DNA of 63,303 nt, counting the filler, from Choristocarpus tenellus KU-1152 (Eukaryota > Protista > Phaeophyceae): the NCBI GenBank assembly GCA_964200185.2. It is 8 parts of 8 records of this genome, joined end to end, with 100 filler letters (N's around TTAATTAATTAA, not from the genome) between each part and the next. Parts side by side here need not be neighbours in the genome. Positions count along the whole stretch, not along the records: positions 1 to 20,712 come from CAXNAD020000379.1; positions 20,813 to 34,666 come from CAXNAD020001345.1; 6 more parts are not named here. The stretch is one strand, 5' to 3'. Within the stretch, counting starts at the first letter, position 1. Each line of letters begins with the position of its first letter. A program made the translations under genes and the position numbers. Shown here one piece after another: positions 12,988 through 28,028 of this stretch. A model generated the notes under the pieces. That model did no database searches, was not told the DNA's origin, and was given only the letters and a program-made list of their open reading frames with translations.

Positions 12988-14995
12988 TGAGATGTGGTAA
13001 TTAATACTAATAATAATAATAATAGTGAAGTTTTGTGGTAGTTTGTGTTGCTAAGAAATTGTGCATGTGGCTCTTCTCTTTAAGTGAGTTAGGTAAAGGT
13101 GGAGTGTGGTTTCTGACAATAAACAAGACAATGAACAAGACAACCGATGAATGATGTTGGTGCAAGTGTGATTAGATTAGCCAACGGTCCCGTTTGTTGT
13201 TAGCCCAATGTTGGTATGTTGGTGATGATATGAGAGATAAGAGTATTGTGCATCCTGTGCATTAGTTGGGTATGATTTTTGTACAGGTGATTCATGGTTG
13301 ATTGATTGTATGGGTGTAGATTATAATTGTTCTTATGGTGTCCATTCTCCCTCTTGATCTTGATGTTGACAGGAGGTGTGTACTACGTTTTTTGATTGTG
13401 GTTCATTGCCTTTATGTATCACAAAGTGCTTTGTGGGGGGGGGGGGCAACAGCAGAAGCAAATCCAAGTTTAAATTTGTATTCCTCTTGCTAAGGGTTAG
13501 GGCTAACTTTAATTTGAACCCTGAGATTGCTTCTTTCACCTAGTAGATGGTTGTCAACCAGACTGAGACCCTATTATTTGTGAGGTGGAAGTTTTTTTGT
13601 GACCCCACACCATGTTCATTCATTGCATTTGTGATGTAAGTCGTGTCTATGGACTGTGGATGCACTTTTAACAATGTTCGACAGGGTCTGCACCTCCTTG
13701 TGTTGTCGATATCTGAGTAACAGATTGTATCCACTGTTTCACAGCAGTTACATAGGAAATGTGTTGAAATTGCTCTAATGCTTGCACTTGAGAGTTTTCT
13801 CTTTCACGATTGTTGTTGGTGTGCCAATAATGGTGTCAAGAGTGTGTATGGTGATGGAAAGATATGAGTTGGTTGTTCTGGTGGGATGGAGGAGGGCATT
13901 GCATAGGGCATATTATGCTTTAAGAGGCAGCACCACTCTATAAATCCAAGAGTTGTATGATTGAAGCATTGCTGCAATTAATCACCACCATTTTACGATC
14001 TGAAGAATCATGGCATACTTCAAAGATGTCATATATTTATTTGACTACAAGCCCAAGCTTATTTTCAGTTCCTTATTTTTTCCATGGTAATACCTGTAAT
14101 ATATTTCAAACATCACCACTGTACCATCATCTACCTAGTGTGTGTTGATCAATCGATCCATTGCTTACTATATGGATGGAGGGACCAACAACAGTTCCTC
14201 CATGTTCCTAGTTGCGCAAGCAAGCAAACCGTAACCTTTCTGCACTAAAGGTATATTTGACTGACTGTACCAAGGTGAAAATAAAGATACAACGGATTGC
14301 AGGTGCAAGTCACTCTGCATCGATCCATGCATACAAATAATAAAATAACCTACAACTTGGAATCTTTGATTCAATACTCTCCGAAAAACCTGGGTGCAGG
14401 CATTCACGTATTTATGTAAGCATACTAAAGTAGAGGCAACATGAGTATACAATTTTTACAGTGTAGCTAGCATGCAAAAGGAAAATGCCACCACCAAAAT
14501 CTTGTGTAGCTGCACTCAGTCAGGTAGGTGGTAACATGGATGGATATAAGGTAGTGACCACCGACTGTTGAAGCTGGGTGCATGATCGATGCATACACTA
14601 CATACTATATCAAAATAAAAAGAGATGACAAAATGCAAAAAAAGACCACTATTTCTACCCTTCGTGCAACAAGGACAATACTGGACGCCAATTCAAAATA
14701 TTTGGTACTCTGGAAACACACCAATTGTGGACTACTGTGAGGCCACTTCACTCCAACAATCATACTCAAGAAGAGAGATACAGCTTACCCCACTCCTTGT
14801 ATTTATTGCTAGTTGTGAGGGCGAGTTGTCTAACTCGAGCCTTCCGTACACTATATACAATAGGATAGATCGAAATTACCCTACCCAATTGCAGTAACTC
14901 ACGATTTATATGATCCCATTCTGGCGGAATGTCATGTTAGAATGCTCAGTAGATATGGCAACACCCTCAAAACCCATCACAACAGGCGCTCCACT

Positions 14996-17900
14996 CTACA
15001 ATGCCTGGCCTGCCATGATTGACCTCAGCCTAACTTCCGGGTTGTCCTGTGTTGCAGCAAAGGAGTTGAATATTTGCTCCAGGGTTGTCTGGCCAACAGA
15101 GTACTCGGCCAAGCCCAGCTGACAGAGGAAAGAGGGTAACGCATAGGCAAGTTGAGAGTTTGAGCTGGGTCTGGACCAATCACACAGACATTTCAATTTC
15201 CCCTTCACACAGCAAGACAAAGTTGGGTAATGTTGATATGGGTGGTGAGGAACACCACAAACAGTGGTAAGGGAGAGGGGTAGACGACAACTGGAACACC
15301 TTGACAGAAAAAAAGATACATGTACCTTTAGGAACCAAGTGGGGTTTGGCACTCACGCGACAAACACAATGTGAACCTAAAAGGCACAAATGAATAATTG
15401 ATTTCTCCTCGATCAAGCTCTTACTCACAAGCTTAGAGTATTGCTACATATATAATTCAAAGTAGATAGGTAGGGTCACTTCACACGTGGATTGACTTTT
15501 TTTTTTCTCCATCAAAAAACCCTACGTAACTAATACTTGTGGGTCAAGAGTCAATCACAACCTGCGAAGGAGACCCTTGGACTGCTGTGTGAGACAAAGC
15601 TACATTGAAGAAATAGCTTACCTTGTCCTTTGCCCCTTCAAAATTGGCAAACACGCTAGCCAGTCCCATGCCCTCCTGGCGAGGAATCTTGTAACGGCTG
15701 GAGTACAATGTTGGCCTCTCCACCAGCTCTGCAAAAATTGTAGGGAGACAATGAGAACCTTGCATTAAGTCTCACCTCACCACCTCTGCCGATGCAAAGA
15801 CTTTCTACTCAGAAATTCAAGCAACTTAAAGCTTCATGTCCTCTTGTAATGCTCACATGGATTGTTCATGCCCGTTCATGTATGTTATTCAACAAACTTT
15901 GTTATTCAAAATAGCACCAATATAAAGGCTAAAACATCACATACACACATGATAAACTTCTTAATCCTAAGGTAACACACTCATCATGAGTATATTAACA
16001 TGCCAACACTCCAAATACTTCAGATATTCAACTTCTGCTCCACAAACCTGCCCCCGGGAATGCCTCTGTCATGAAGGCATGCAGGTCTGCTGCTCTCTCT
16101 TCACAGACATACCAGTCACAGAAAAGCCTGAACATTGAAGCATACATGTGTACCCAAACACCCAAACAAAAAACGTTGGTTTGGTGATGGCAAACAAGTA
16201 GGTGGACCAGTACTAATAGGTGTGCCATAAATACAAGTACATAGTTGTGAATACTACTGAAAAAATGGTTCAGGACAACCCTGGCGGCTAGAAAGGGATT
16301 GAGATACATGGCTTGGTGTTGATAAACCACCTCCCAAAAAAATCAGGTTTCAAATATAATCCTGATAAGACCTTGAGAAAATGGATACACTTCGTATTTG
16401 GACTTCAACTGTATTCTTATACCAAGTGCGTGACATAACTGTTGTCAACCTCGCAAAAAGAATAACTGAAAGAGGTATAATAATAATAATAATTCGGTAA
16501 CAAATGCAAGAAAGTGCTACCAGTAGTCAGATCATTAACTCGTGTGTGCGCGTGCGTGTGTGTGTGTGTGTGTTAGAGAGGTTGTAGAATAAGCTGTTTA
16601 TATTTCAATATGTTCTTGTTGCCTGTACCATTCTCATTACTATGCTACACATCAGCCTCTATTACATCCACTATGAATCTGACACCAACTAACTCCACTG
16701 TTCCATCTGTTCATTCAGCCAAGGTATGTCCCTTCACAACCCTATCTCATCCCTCCACTTCTGTGCAGCAGAGCTCGTCGCCCTCCCACAACTTTGACAC
16801 CAATCAACCATGAAGCAAGTGCAGTGAAAGTGCCAACTGTGTGAGTAGAGGTCAATGCAAACACGTCTGAAACCCAGAGGAATGCGGGAACCAAATGTGT
16901 CACCTGGCGGGAAGTGTATCCCCTTCAGAAGACATAACTTCTTGCAAGAATGCACCACTCCCTGTACCCGACAGGGCAGCCATCCTCGTAGAGATGCTGA
17001 ATGAGAGGGGGGGCAGGCAGGGCTGCTAAGTGCATGTGCAAAAAAACGAGAGGCTAATATAGAAAGCAACTGAGTTATTTGGAGTGATAAGATCATGCAA
17101 TCTCACCCAGAACCCTGGCTTCACCTTATCCCCTCTTTAACACGTCTCAGAATGTATATTAAAAATTATGTCTCTTATATTTGGTAACCCCTTGTAGTAG
17201 AAAATGTACCCAAGTCAATATGATACATCTCTCAACACTTCACATCTCGATCATCTCTGCCATAGTCCTTGATTGGAGATACACCAAGAATATAGCTCCA
17301 CAAACAGCACGGCTATTATTCAGTTATTTCTCATGAGGAGGCGGACTTATCACAACTAACGCACAAATCAAACACTCCAGAGATCACATTGGGGCGTGTC
17401 AGGATAGAGAGAACTTGGGGGAAGTTCTACACACCGCTCTGAGTCTTGACTAGCTGCTCCAAGGGCCCTGCAGTACTTATCCAGCGGAGGGGTAAGCCTG
17501 ACCCTGAGATGAGATCAACAGGAGCAGACAGACAAAGGCAATCAACAGGACAACAGAAGTAACTCTCGGGGGTGTCACTAAGAGACATGTAACACAATGG
17601 AATGAAAACATGACGTGACTTACCGTTAGCAGGTTAAGAATAACAGGTTAAGAATCGAGAAAGAGTAAAAGGTTGATACAGGACACAACAATCATTCCAC
17701 ACAATTGCACCAACATGTTCACCTCTCCAGGGAACGAGCCCCTCCTTCAGTATCATCCATGGGGTCTGTCCCATCGAAGAATTGAACCCAATCTGTCGGA
17801 CGAGTTGTGTCGCCTGCTCCAGGCATAGACACCTCCACTTCCATCAGCTTTCTCAGCACTTTGAGAGCTTCAACCTTTGCCGGAGGCCTTAGCTTAATGT

Positions 17901-20349
17901 CCGCCTCAAACCCTTGTCCAAATCGTTGCTTCAGATGCTGCCCGGATCCCAAGCACTGGAGCCGGCCATTTACCTGATAACAATTCACCCCCATTGAATT
18001 GAAGATAACAGACCAGCAATATGGACAAGAAACAAAAACTATCAGTGAAAAACCGCTGTTGTGAAATTGAATCCCAAAATTTAATACTTCAGGTATTAAT
18101 AAGTTTCAAATTACACTGATCACAACTCACAAATCAGTGTATACTTCAAAGTGTACCACTATGACAGATACAGAGGGTCAGCCTCAACTGGAAGAACCTG
18201 GAGTAATTCAAATCATATAGTACTGGGCAAAAAACGGATTGTACCTTGGGAGGTTTGCTATAATGCACAGCGTGCCTGCATCTAAATGTCGTATTGTTTG
18301 GTTTCTGTATTGAATCACCCTATCCTCTCTCTCAACAAATCCCTGTCACTGCGATCAGTACTTCAACCTGAAATTGCACTGAACTTACAGGAAGAATACA
18401 CCCTCCTCCATAATAATAGCTCCAAAGACATATCCGAGGGGCAGGGACACTCACCATTATACCGATCTGGTTGGAAAGGGCCTCTGCCTCCTCCATGCTA
18501 TGTGTCGTAAGAATCACGCAACAGTCCCGATCCTTGGCCGTAATGCGACTGATCACCTCCCACATGAAACGGCGAGCAATAGGGTCCATACCTGCACATG
18601 CGGTATTGTAGAATTCGATTCAAACAAACACAAACGCACCTTGAACATTTAACACCTCTGGAGTTCCCACAAGCATCACAACTTTTTCATGCAATGGCAA
18701 TTCAAGGGGGATGGTGAAGGTTGATGATGGTGACAGCCTCAGCCACTACTTGGATGGCATTCAACTTCAAACACTTCACACGATCACATACAACACACAT
18801 GCAATACACATACAACACCTGGTACAGTGCAGCTACTAGTAGCTATGATTGACACTGAAGATAGTCTACACTTGCACTTGTCCATTCACCAAGTGTCTCC
18901 TCAATCAAATTCACTCCCTCTCCCTTGAGAAAGTCCATCCTTGTCAGTTTCACTCCCCTGCCCCCATACGGGTAAGTCATTAACATCTAAAATTGAACCA
19001 CATCTTATGTATCACACTCTGCAGTATGTATAGGTAGAGTACATTGGTATATTAGTACACTACTATGGCTTCTCCCGTATGATTCAATCAACTCATAAGG
19101 CACACCTATTGCCCCGGTTCTTCAAAACACATGCAAGGGTACAGGGTACAGCACAATCTGTGCAAGTAAAAAAAAATCGATTTCTTCTTGATAATCTGTG
19201 TGTGTGTGTGACAGATGGGACCTGCCCTTGACAAAAACAGTTGCACCCAAAAAACACCATCAAAGTTGTAATGTATAGACCTCTTGTCATACTAGCGAAT
19301 TTCAAGGTCATCATCACATACCATCATACATCATCAAATGCCATCATACCAACAAATGCTACAGTGGCTTCTATCACCTTCAACAACAACTTCAAGCCTC
19401 TCTCATCAGGTATTCTTTTAACTAACAGGAAAACAAGATATATATATGTGTGTGTGTGCGTGTGGTTCATTGAGGGCTAGGGCAGCCCCTTCCTGTGCCG
19501 ATTGAGTCCAGTCCGAGCCCTAACCCTAACCCTAATACCATACTTGAAAGAACAACATAAACCACTGCACAACACACCCAACCAAATTCAAATTCAAAGT
19601 GAGGCAGTACCTGTGCTGGGCTCGTCAAGGAAAACGATCTTGGGGTTTCCAATCATTGCAATGGCGACAGAAAGCTTGCGTTTGTTTCCCCCGCTCAGTT
19701 CCCCTGCCTGCAGGGGATTTTGATTAAAAATATTGCAGTTTTGGCATACATCTTCAATAAACCAAATCAAGAACTGAATCTTCCTACTGCCTAAAATTTG
19801 ACAATTTTTTAGAACTGTGGGAAACGCAGACCTGTTGCTTGAACACTAGATATCGCACTGGCTCTAAGAATGACAGGGATACCCCAAAAGAAATCAAGCA
19901 CCAAGTAACCCTAACCCTATGATCACGAGAGGTACACCTGCACCATCAATATCAAGATTAACAATGTGGTAGGGTTAGTTTGCCCACTCTAGGTTACATT
20001 CTGAATGTAATTCTGATCATCATTTCAATATTTTGATGTTTTTTAAACATGCTCATTGACAAGCGTTCACCGCTATCCCTAACCCTAACTACTACGATGC
20101 AGGTACACAGCACCTTGAGGCCTATCCAATCAAACCACATGAGTGGCCTGTGACAGAAGGTCACGCTCGATAATATAAAACACTGCAACAGGCATAACAG
20201 CACACATACTTGAGGCACACAACAACCCATGCCTTCGTGGTGTAGAAAGCCTCTAGGTCCATCTCTTGCATCTTCTTTCTGGCAACACAATCCAGATCTC
20301 TTTCCTTCACTCCCTTGATCCTGGCATACAGCCAAAGATGCTCTTCAAC
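14996..20349 (-). CDS. ABC transporter subfamily A, 3' part (second NBD and C-terminal regulatory domain); 5' end lost at contig end
   Basis: Exons (minus): 20349-20233, 19707-19611, 18591-18455, 17973-17723, 17503-17435, 16996-16904, 16127-16048, 15728-15622, 15118-14996. Motifs: [91 protein letters not shown]. The terminal exon is uncertain; an alternative last exon lies near 14207-14130. Confidence 0.9.
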
Positions 20350-20618
20350 CTTCATCATCACATGCGTTGGCAGCATGTTAAATACACATACATCTACATA
20401 CATACACATCACAACATATATCTACATACACAAAATATACATACTATACATACACATATCAAAAAAGAAAAAAAGAACCACAGCAATCACTGTATCAGCA
20501 CCAAGGTGTGATGGAATGGAAGCTGGTCGTCCGTTGGTTTTGTATGAGAGTATCAATTGTGACAACAGCTACTCCAACAAAATCCATTACCCATACACAA
20601 TGGACTCCTAGGATCTTA

Positions 20619-20657
<39 letters not shown>

Positions 20658-20712
20658 GGTAGGGGTTTGAAAAAAACAAACGGGAAGAGCACCGCTCGAA
20701 ACCCCCGCACCC

Positions 20713-20812
20713 NNNNNNNNNNNNNNNNNNNNNNNNNNNNNNNNNNNNNNNNNNNNTTAATTAATTAANNNNNNNNNNNNNNNNNNNNNNNNNNNNNNNN
20801 NNNNNNNNNNNN
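20713..20812. other. Artificial contig-concatenation linker N44-TTAATTAATTAA-N44
   Basis: Identical 100-bp linkers with stops in all six frames also occur at 34667-34766, 44076-44175, 48361-48460, 51921-52020, 56448-56547 and 59321-59420. An ordinary N10 gap lies at 3612-3621. Confidence 0.97.
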
Positions 20813-22571
20813 CCCCACCCTCCTCTTTTTCCGTTTGGGTGTTCCCCCCCCCCCCTTTTCAAGAGAAGAAAAGGCAGTATAATAGGGGGGGGGGGGGGGG
20901 GGGGGGGCAACCGGCAAATCTGGTTGGGCATGGCGTTAACAGGACAAGAGTGCTAGAACAGAACTGGGCTGTGGGAGGAAGGGAAGGCGCAATCTAAAAA
21001 AGAAGGTGAGGACTAGAGGGGGTTAGGGTTAGGGATAGTGACGAGGTATGTCAGGATTGGTTTTGGTGGAGAGCTAGAAGGTGAGACGGCAGTCTAGCAC
21101 AATTGTGAGCAACAGAAAAAAAAGGGTTTGGTTTTGGTAGAGAGAAAAGAAGGATCGTGTACGATGGGTCAGAGGGAGAAATTGTGTGCACATGAAAAAA
21201 ATATACATACATACATGTGAGTCTATTTTGATTTTCAACCACAAAGAATGCCTTCAATTCTTAGCAAGCACACACCTCTTGGGTTGCGTCAGCCTATGCT
21301 CATCCCTCGTGCACTTCACTTCAAAAAGCAATTACCACGCAACAGCAATGCAATCAATTCTTAGTATATATATATAAATATATATATATATATTTAAAAC
21401 TGACTACTTTAGGTTAATACCGGAATCACTGTCAATAATACAAAGCATTTTTTCTTTTTTTGTGTATGTACCCCTCACCCGATTTGTTACTGCTTTCTTC
21501 AACTGCTCAAATCATAACATCCCTGGAGTACACCCAATGAGGTGTCAGAAGTTTCCTCTCAAAGCGGAATGGTAAAAAAAAAAGAGCATGGCAGTGAATT
21601 CATTAAGCTCTCTGGATGGCATGCTCTAGCCATGAGAAAGGATCCACATTAAAACACGCAAACAAACACAGTTAAAACACAGGACCTTCTTTGTTGCTTT
21701 TTTGGTTCACTTCTTTGTGCACATGTAGTATTTGTACATTAGCTTCAGAGAGGGAGGGGGTGACAAGCTTAGCGGTAAAATAACTAATACCAACCAACAA
21801 CGCAACTCTTGTAGTCCAGTCGGAGCTTTAACATTACTCAATCAATAGCGACACTGTGTAATATAGTGTGTGTAATGTGGTGTGTGTAATATAGTGTCCA
21901 GCCAGCCAGCAAGAAAAAGAAAGATACGTGGTTAAGTCCCCATCCCAAGTTGCATCTGGCTAGGTTTAATTGAGCAAATATTGCATCCACTACCCAGTTG
22001 CTCGAAAGAAGGAGGCGAGGTATGTGTCCATCCCTTTATGGTGTACTTGTGCATCCATACTATAGAGCTACTCTTCTATTGTGACTATTACTCAACTATT
22101 ACGTGGAAGGAAATTTTTGAGCGGTGAGGTACACACTGTACCTATCCCACCAAGCGATCATCTGCAACTGAATCATTGTCATTGCATGACTGCAAGAAAC
22201 AGAAGACGTCATGTCATGTCTAACAAATTTGTGTCCTTTGCTTCTTCTACTTTAGTTGCTGTTGTCCACCAATAGCAATCAAGGGATAAGGCGAGGAATG
22301 TTCTCTGAGTCAGAAGCTAAGCGGGCAACATACAATTGCTGTGTTTAGAGGGTACACTTGAAAAAAAAAAAAGTTTAGAGGGTACAAATTATATTTCAAA
22401 CGCCATAGGAGGGAGATTGGAACGACAATGTCGGGCAGGGACAAATGCCATAGAAAGTACAGTCACATTCTATTCCAGCGAGGTTGAGCTTGAACACGCC
22501 ATAGTCATACCTCATGCAGCTATACATCAAACTTCTTAGCTTTCATTCCCCCCCCCCCCAAATAATGAAAC

Positions 22572-25110
22572 CTGGCAGTGGGTCACAATGGGGCGGTCCT
22601 TCGGCCCCAGTCCTGCATCTCTGAAAGCGTCAAGCACTGCACACAGTGCTCTGTCTCCAATGGCATGCACCTCCACCCGGAAACGACCTTTCCGGGCCCG
22701 GGAGATCTGAGTATATCAGACGAGCAGATGATATATTGTGGGGAGACTGGGTTTGGTTGGGTTTCTACTTCATTGGGTAGGATTGTTGAATAGTTATTAA
22801 GGGGTCTATAGATGTTAATAGTTCTATCATGCAGCAGGGGAAAGAAAAGGTTGTGTTTGGGGGGGGGGGGATTGGTGTACACAGTAAGGTCATAATAATC
22901 GTGTCCTTCACATTTACTACTGGCACTAGGCTTCTGCATAGAAAAAGCCCCCACAAAATATGAACACGTTTGTACAATCATACGCTGTGCTTGTGCTGTT
23001 GCTGGTGGTTTTGACTCAATACACTGGCAAAACTACAGACTCAAGGTCATGACTCTAAGCACTACCAAAGAGAAATAAAACACGTTCCTCTTTTGAGGGA
23101 GGCATGCTGTGGAGGGTGAGTGGGTGATCTGAATTGTCTACTGTCAAGTCGCACAGGCTGGTGGCATGGACCTGCCTTCAATAAAAGGTTGCTAATTTCT
23201 GCACCAGGCTGGCCTCGACAGGAACTTCAGAGAATTGGAAATAGAGGGTGAGAGATTGGACCTTCAGATAGCTGCACACATTGTAGAGTATGTGTATTGG
23301 AAATACCGCTGAAACCTTGAGAAACCGAACAGAGTTGGGATGCTTTTGTTTTTATTTGTTATTGTGCATTTATTGATAGGAAGCACCCTAGCTTTCTCTC
23401 AGCCTTACGTGTGCAACCTATTATATACCTGGACCCACCTGCAAGAAATAGAGTCCATTTGCTGCATTGCCAGGATGCGAGCTTATTTGCCAACCCCCCC
23501 CCTATTTTTTTCCATTTCTGAATCAAAGTGGGTGTACAATGAATACTTTGTGAAAAGAGAAGGTTTTTCCACTGGACAAAAAAAAGAAAAGAAAAGAAAC
23601 ACTGTAGAGGGCTCTCCATCAATGGAAATTGGGGGCAAACTTCAGAAGGTTGAATGACCATTGTACCCATGTACATGACCATTGTAAAGCATTGCATCCA
23701 TCTCGTCGATAGATTAACTCATTGAGCGACTTCTCTCATTGTGTCAAGTCTCTCTTGTATTACATACACCTCGAAGACGTTCCCTGTAGCACCAATGTGT
23801 CAATAGCTCTCTGTTGGGCATGCCCTAAGCTGATACCCAGAGCGATGGATGTATCATTTGCCTCCATCTATCATTATTCAAAGGAAGAAAATCTTGGTTC
23901 GCCTATCTACCTACAGCTTTAGACCATATTGCCAAATGACAACCCAACCTCACAACCTTCAGAAATGGAGAGTAGAGCTGAGTCCACAACTGAAGCACCA
24001 CCTTCAAACTGAGTGCTGTGCATTTTTCTCCATATGTATAAATGGCAATGGACCATTTCTGGACCATTCTGCGCTCTCTATTGCTAAGTAAGAGTGGCAC
24101 TGCCCTTTTGCAAAAGAACTCTAGAACAACTTAGAACAACTTCTAAGCACTCTTTGCCTGTGATATTAGAGATATATCACCACACAGAAACTAAAAGTCT
24201 TGGCTTATCAGTTGGGTCCAAATTATCTTTACTGTTCTCTTGGTGGTGTAGTCCCAACTTGATTGTACACTTCACACTCTCAAGCGATAAGCATATCTAA
24301 GAAATATAGCTTCAAATAGTGTAACTCCAGGTTCAGGACAGCACTGTGTGGGAAAGGTATGGGGTGCATACAACTCACCTTGCATGCATGGAACAATGAT
24401 TTCACTTCTCACACCAACACCTTTATACTAAAAAAAAAAAGCAACTGATTTTTGCTTTGATCTATGAAAAACTGCTCCATGCTCTTGGAAGCATTTCCTT
24501 TTGTACTCTTCAAACATAATAAATAAGGTCAAATAGGGGTGTGTGTGTGTGTTTTCTGATTTGGTTACATCTGCAAGCTGTGGTGAGACAACACTCTAAT
24601 CAGTCCAAGAGAGGATCACATTAGGGTGTTTGCACCGAAAACATTATTGACATTTCACTTTTAAATGCGTGTCTGGAGAATATGTAAGCACAGTCCTGCT
24701 TTCAAGGCTGCATTTGTGAGTGTCTGAAACCCCCAAGACTTTCACTATTTCTCCAACAAAGGCTGGGGGTTTTTGGAAATCAAGTGCAGTATCACACATT
24801 AAATTTCCCCAGACTCACATAAAAGTTGGGCACAAAAGGTGTTGCACTTAGAATCTAACAGCTCTACATGCTCCCAGAAAAATGCTCAAGGGAGATCTCA
24901 TTTTCCAATTCACTAGGCAATTCTCTTTCCCTTTCTCATTCTCTCAAACCAACCTTGTTTGTGAGAGATTCATGGCTATGGATGAGGGTTCCCTTGTTTA
25001 ATGTGCCCACATAGTTCTGCATCATTGCCGCTGTCTCTGCCCCTGCAAACACACACACACACACAACACATGGTGAGCGAAGCGAGGAGTGGTTGTTACA
25101 CATGCACCTG

Positions 25111-25145
<35 letters not shown>

Positions 25146-28028
25146 GGATGCACATATTCTATGACAACATGGCGTCCAAAAGACAAGAGGACTGAGCTCG
25201 CATGCATTCACATTTTTGTATCTTGACAAAAAAAATATTTTCTAGGACTACGATTCTTGCAAACAATGTGGTGGGCTTCAATTGTGCTCACCTAGAGATC
25301 CATCAGCAAAAAATTTGAGTCGATGCCACGACACCAGCCCCTCCCCTCCCCCCCCCAGTTCAGAGGTCTCCTTTGTAGTCACTAGCGCCATCCCAGTCCC
25401 TGATCCCTTTGGGAGGTATGTGTGTGGATGAGGCACAGTGTTGTTCTCACCCTCCCAGGTAAGTTTGTAGTCTCTGGTGTCAGGGGACACACACACTTCA
25501 TTACCATCACCAGGGGCAACTTGGGTACCTGGCTGGTCAAACTGGTCTTGCTCATCTGGGTAAATTTCATCAAAATGACAAGTGAGGAACACACGAAGGG
25601 GTATCTTTCCCTTACGCTGTATTGTGGTTCAATATGTGGGGCACAGGGATAGGCGGGGGGTGAGGAGTTGGGATGGAATTGTGAGGGTGAGAGAGAAGTA
25701 GAGAAATGGATTAGATTAGTACAAGATACAGAGAAAGATCAATTTTTGTAAAAAGGGGGTGGGGAGGGGTGTGTGTGACATGGCAGGGCTTGATCAGAAT
25801 TAAGGCTCACCTGCAGGTGCAGGTAAATTTTGGATGCATCTTGATCAACTGTGTGTACTGCAGTCAGGCCACTGCTCACACACCGCGCCATTGCCTCCTC
25901 AAACTGCTCACACCTGTGCACTTTTGTGAGGGTTGGTTGGAAAGGTTGTTGTGGCTATTTCACAGTACTGCACCTTTTCTGGCGGTGACATGCCACACAC
26001 ATAGGCATGCAAAGCATAGCTTGATCAAAAACAACAGAGCAGCCATAGCAATATGTCCACGCACTCACACAGACAACATTTTTCCGTTTCAGAGCGTTTA
26101 GACACACCGCTTTTTTCCAACTTATTCATACCATGAATGTTTGAACACCATCAGCTATTTGCCCCTCTTCCCATTTTGCACCTCTATATAGAACAGTCAA
26201 CAAGAAGCTTTCACCCTCCAAGGACTTCTTAGGAAATATTGCGATGTATCAAAACTCCTCCACACCTGGTCTCAAAAGGGCTAGCAGTAACCGCATCCTC
26301 CACCAATTGCATTGCTCCCTCAAGAAACAGTCCTGTTGGGCACCCTTCCTCATCCAGCTCCATAGACCCACCCCCCTTCACACTCAGGCATCCCTCTGAA
26401 CTCACCATCGCTTCATTCCCACCCCTTGGCCTATTTGGGTCGAGGCTTGCAGCCTGTATTGCAGCAGAATTTGCAACAAGGCTGTGCCAACACCGTCTAT
26501 ACAGCAAGCAAGGACGGCCATCAGGCAGGGCATCATCTAGCTCTTGTCGACTTGGTGGACTAGGGCGTGGGAGTGTGTTTGTGTCACAGGTGGGGTTCTT
26601 GGTGATGCGCTTGACTCCGGGGGCATGTGAGGTAGTGGAATTGGTTGCCCAGAGATTTTGATCCCATCCCACACCAATCTGCTGACATCCAAGAGGGAAT
26701 GAAGTCCATAAGCAAATGTGACCAAAACAAGGATGGGCAGGAGGGCAGGTGCCGTAGTAGAGAAGGGGAAGCAGGGCAAGTGGACGAGCGGGAGAGTGGG
26801 CGAGCATGAGCGAGTTGGGAAGGTTAAATTGAGGTAGGGGCAGTCCATCACCCTGTACCCCTTGCTTGAAAACAGAGCTGAACGTTTGGTCTAGTGCAGT
26901 ACTAAAGCTATATTTAGCTTGCTTCTTTAGATATCTGAGAGTGCAAGAATGTGTGCATCTCCTAACAACTATTCCATTCTGGATACCCTATTCCCAGTCC
27001 GTCCCCCATATCAAACACATCTAGTCGCAAATCAACGCACCACCCATGGTAGATCTTGTCTAGCTTCCCCGTGTACTCGTACTGCCTCCTGAAGCTCTTC
27101 TCTCGAGGAGCAGGAGCTGAGGTCCACATAGCAGGTACTTTTGGGAGAGAGATGGAGGAGGTTAAGGTGTTTGGAGGGGAAAAGGGGCTACAGCAAGGCT
27201 CGATTCATACTCCTGCAAGAATCCTTGACCCTCGACCTTGTCTCTCCTTATCCTCTCTTCGTCTCCCCTATATAATCTATGAAATGATGCCCGAAGAATC
27301 CTAAGTGTGTGTAATCAGCATGACAAAATAGATGCTAGGAACAGGGTGCCATTTACAACTCGCACCTTTCACCTATCAGGCCCAGATGGATGTGGGCGTC
27401 TTGCAGTCCCGGCAAGATGAGGGCACCTTTCAAGTCTATTACTTCATTTCCCGTCCTGACACCGGGAATTTGAGATTGCAAGAATTTAAGAAAACAATCT
27501 AAGTGAGAGCGTTCACGGAGTAAACAGAAGAGGCGGAGTGGATGGTATTCGAAGGCCAAGTTCATAAACGTTAGGGCAGGCCCCCGATCGAAGTCACCCA
27601 TCAACGCTACTTCTGAACACTTTGCTCGTACAGCCAAAAATAATTCCTTCTCAAGATTGATATCACTTCTTAATCTCGTCATGGACAAGGTGCTTCGCCA
27701 TAGTCGGGAGAGGCATCGTGTCATCTCCATTAACATGTCATTTCGATGTGCGCTGAAGGGTTCCTTCGCACCGGAAAAATTAACGAGCACCACAAATGGA
27801 TAGCTTGCACGTCCAGAAAAGAACATTATCCCACCTGGTTTTCCTCCACCTCATGTCTCACCGGTAGTGCAGAGGAGGGTTGCCAGCACCAACAGCAACA
27901 ACTCGACCAGAAGCACCATTTTCGTTAGTTCTAGAGATCAGCAGCCAATCCGCAGGCAGTGCAGGTTCACGCCCGGTTCCGATGCTTGACCATTGCCAAA
28001 CATGAGCGTTTACGAACAGGACGTTCAT
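22572..28028 (-). CDS. Metal-dependent amidohydrolase, YtcJ/LAF3-like (Amidohydro_3), 3'-truncated at contig end
   Basis: Exons (minus): 28028-27862, 27455-27366, 27137-27041, 26678-26266, 25913-25811, 25616-25292, 25042-24954, 22706-22572. Motifs: IDLKGALILPGLQDAHIH, GVGWDQ, R..WHSLVANSAA, PTGLFLEGA, GLTAVH, LKFFADGSLGAETAAM, VEVHAIGDRA, IVTHCQ. Confidence 0.85.

Noticed and set aside
20757-20768. Recurrent TTAATTAATTAA palindrome as a biological motif
   Set aside because: It is always centred between two N44 runs. It is a six-frame-stop spacer used for concatenation.
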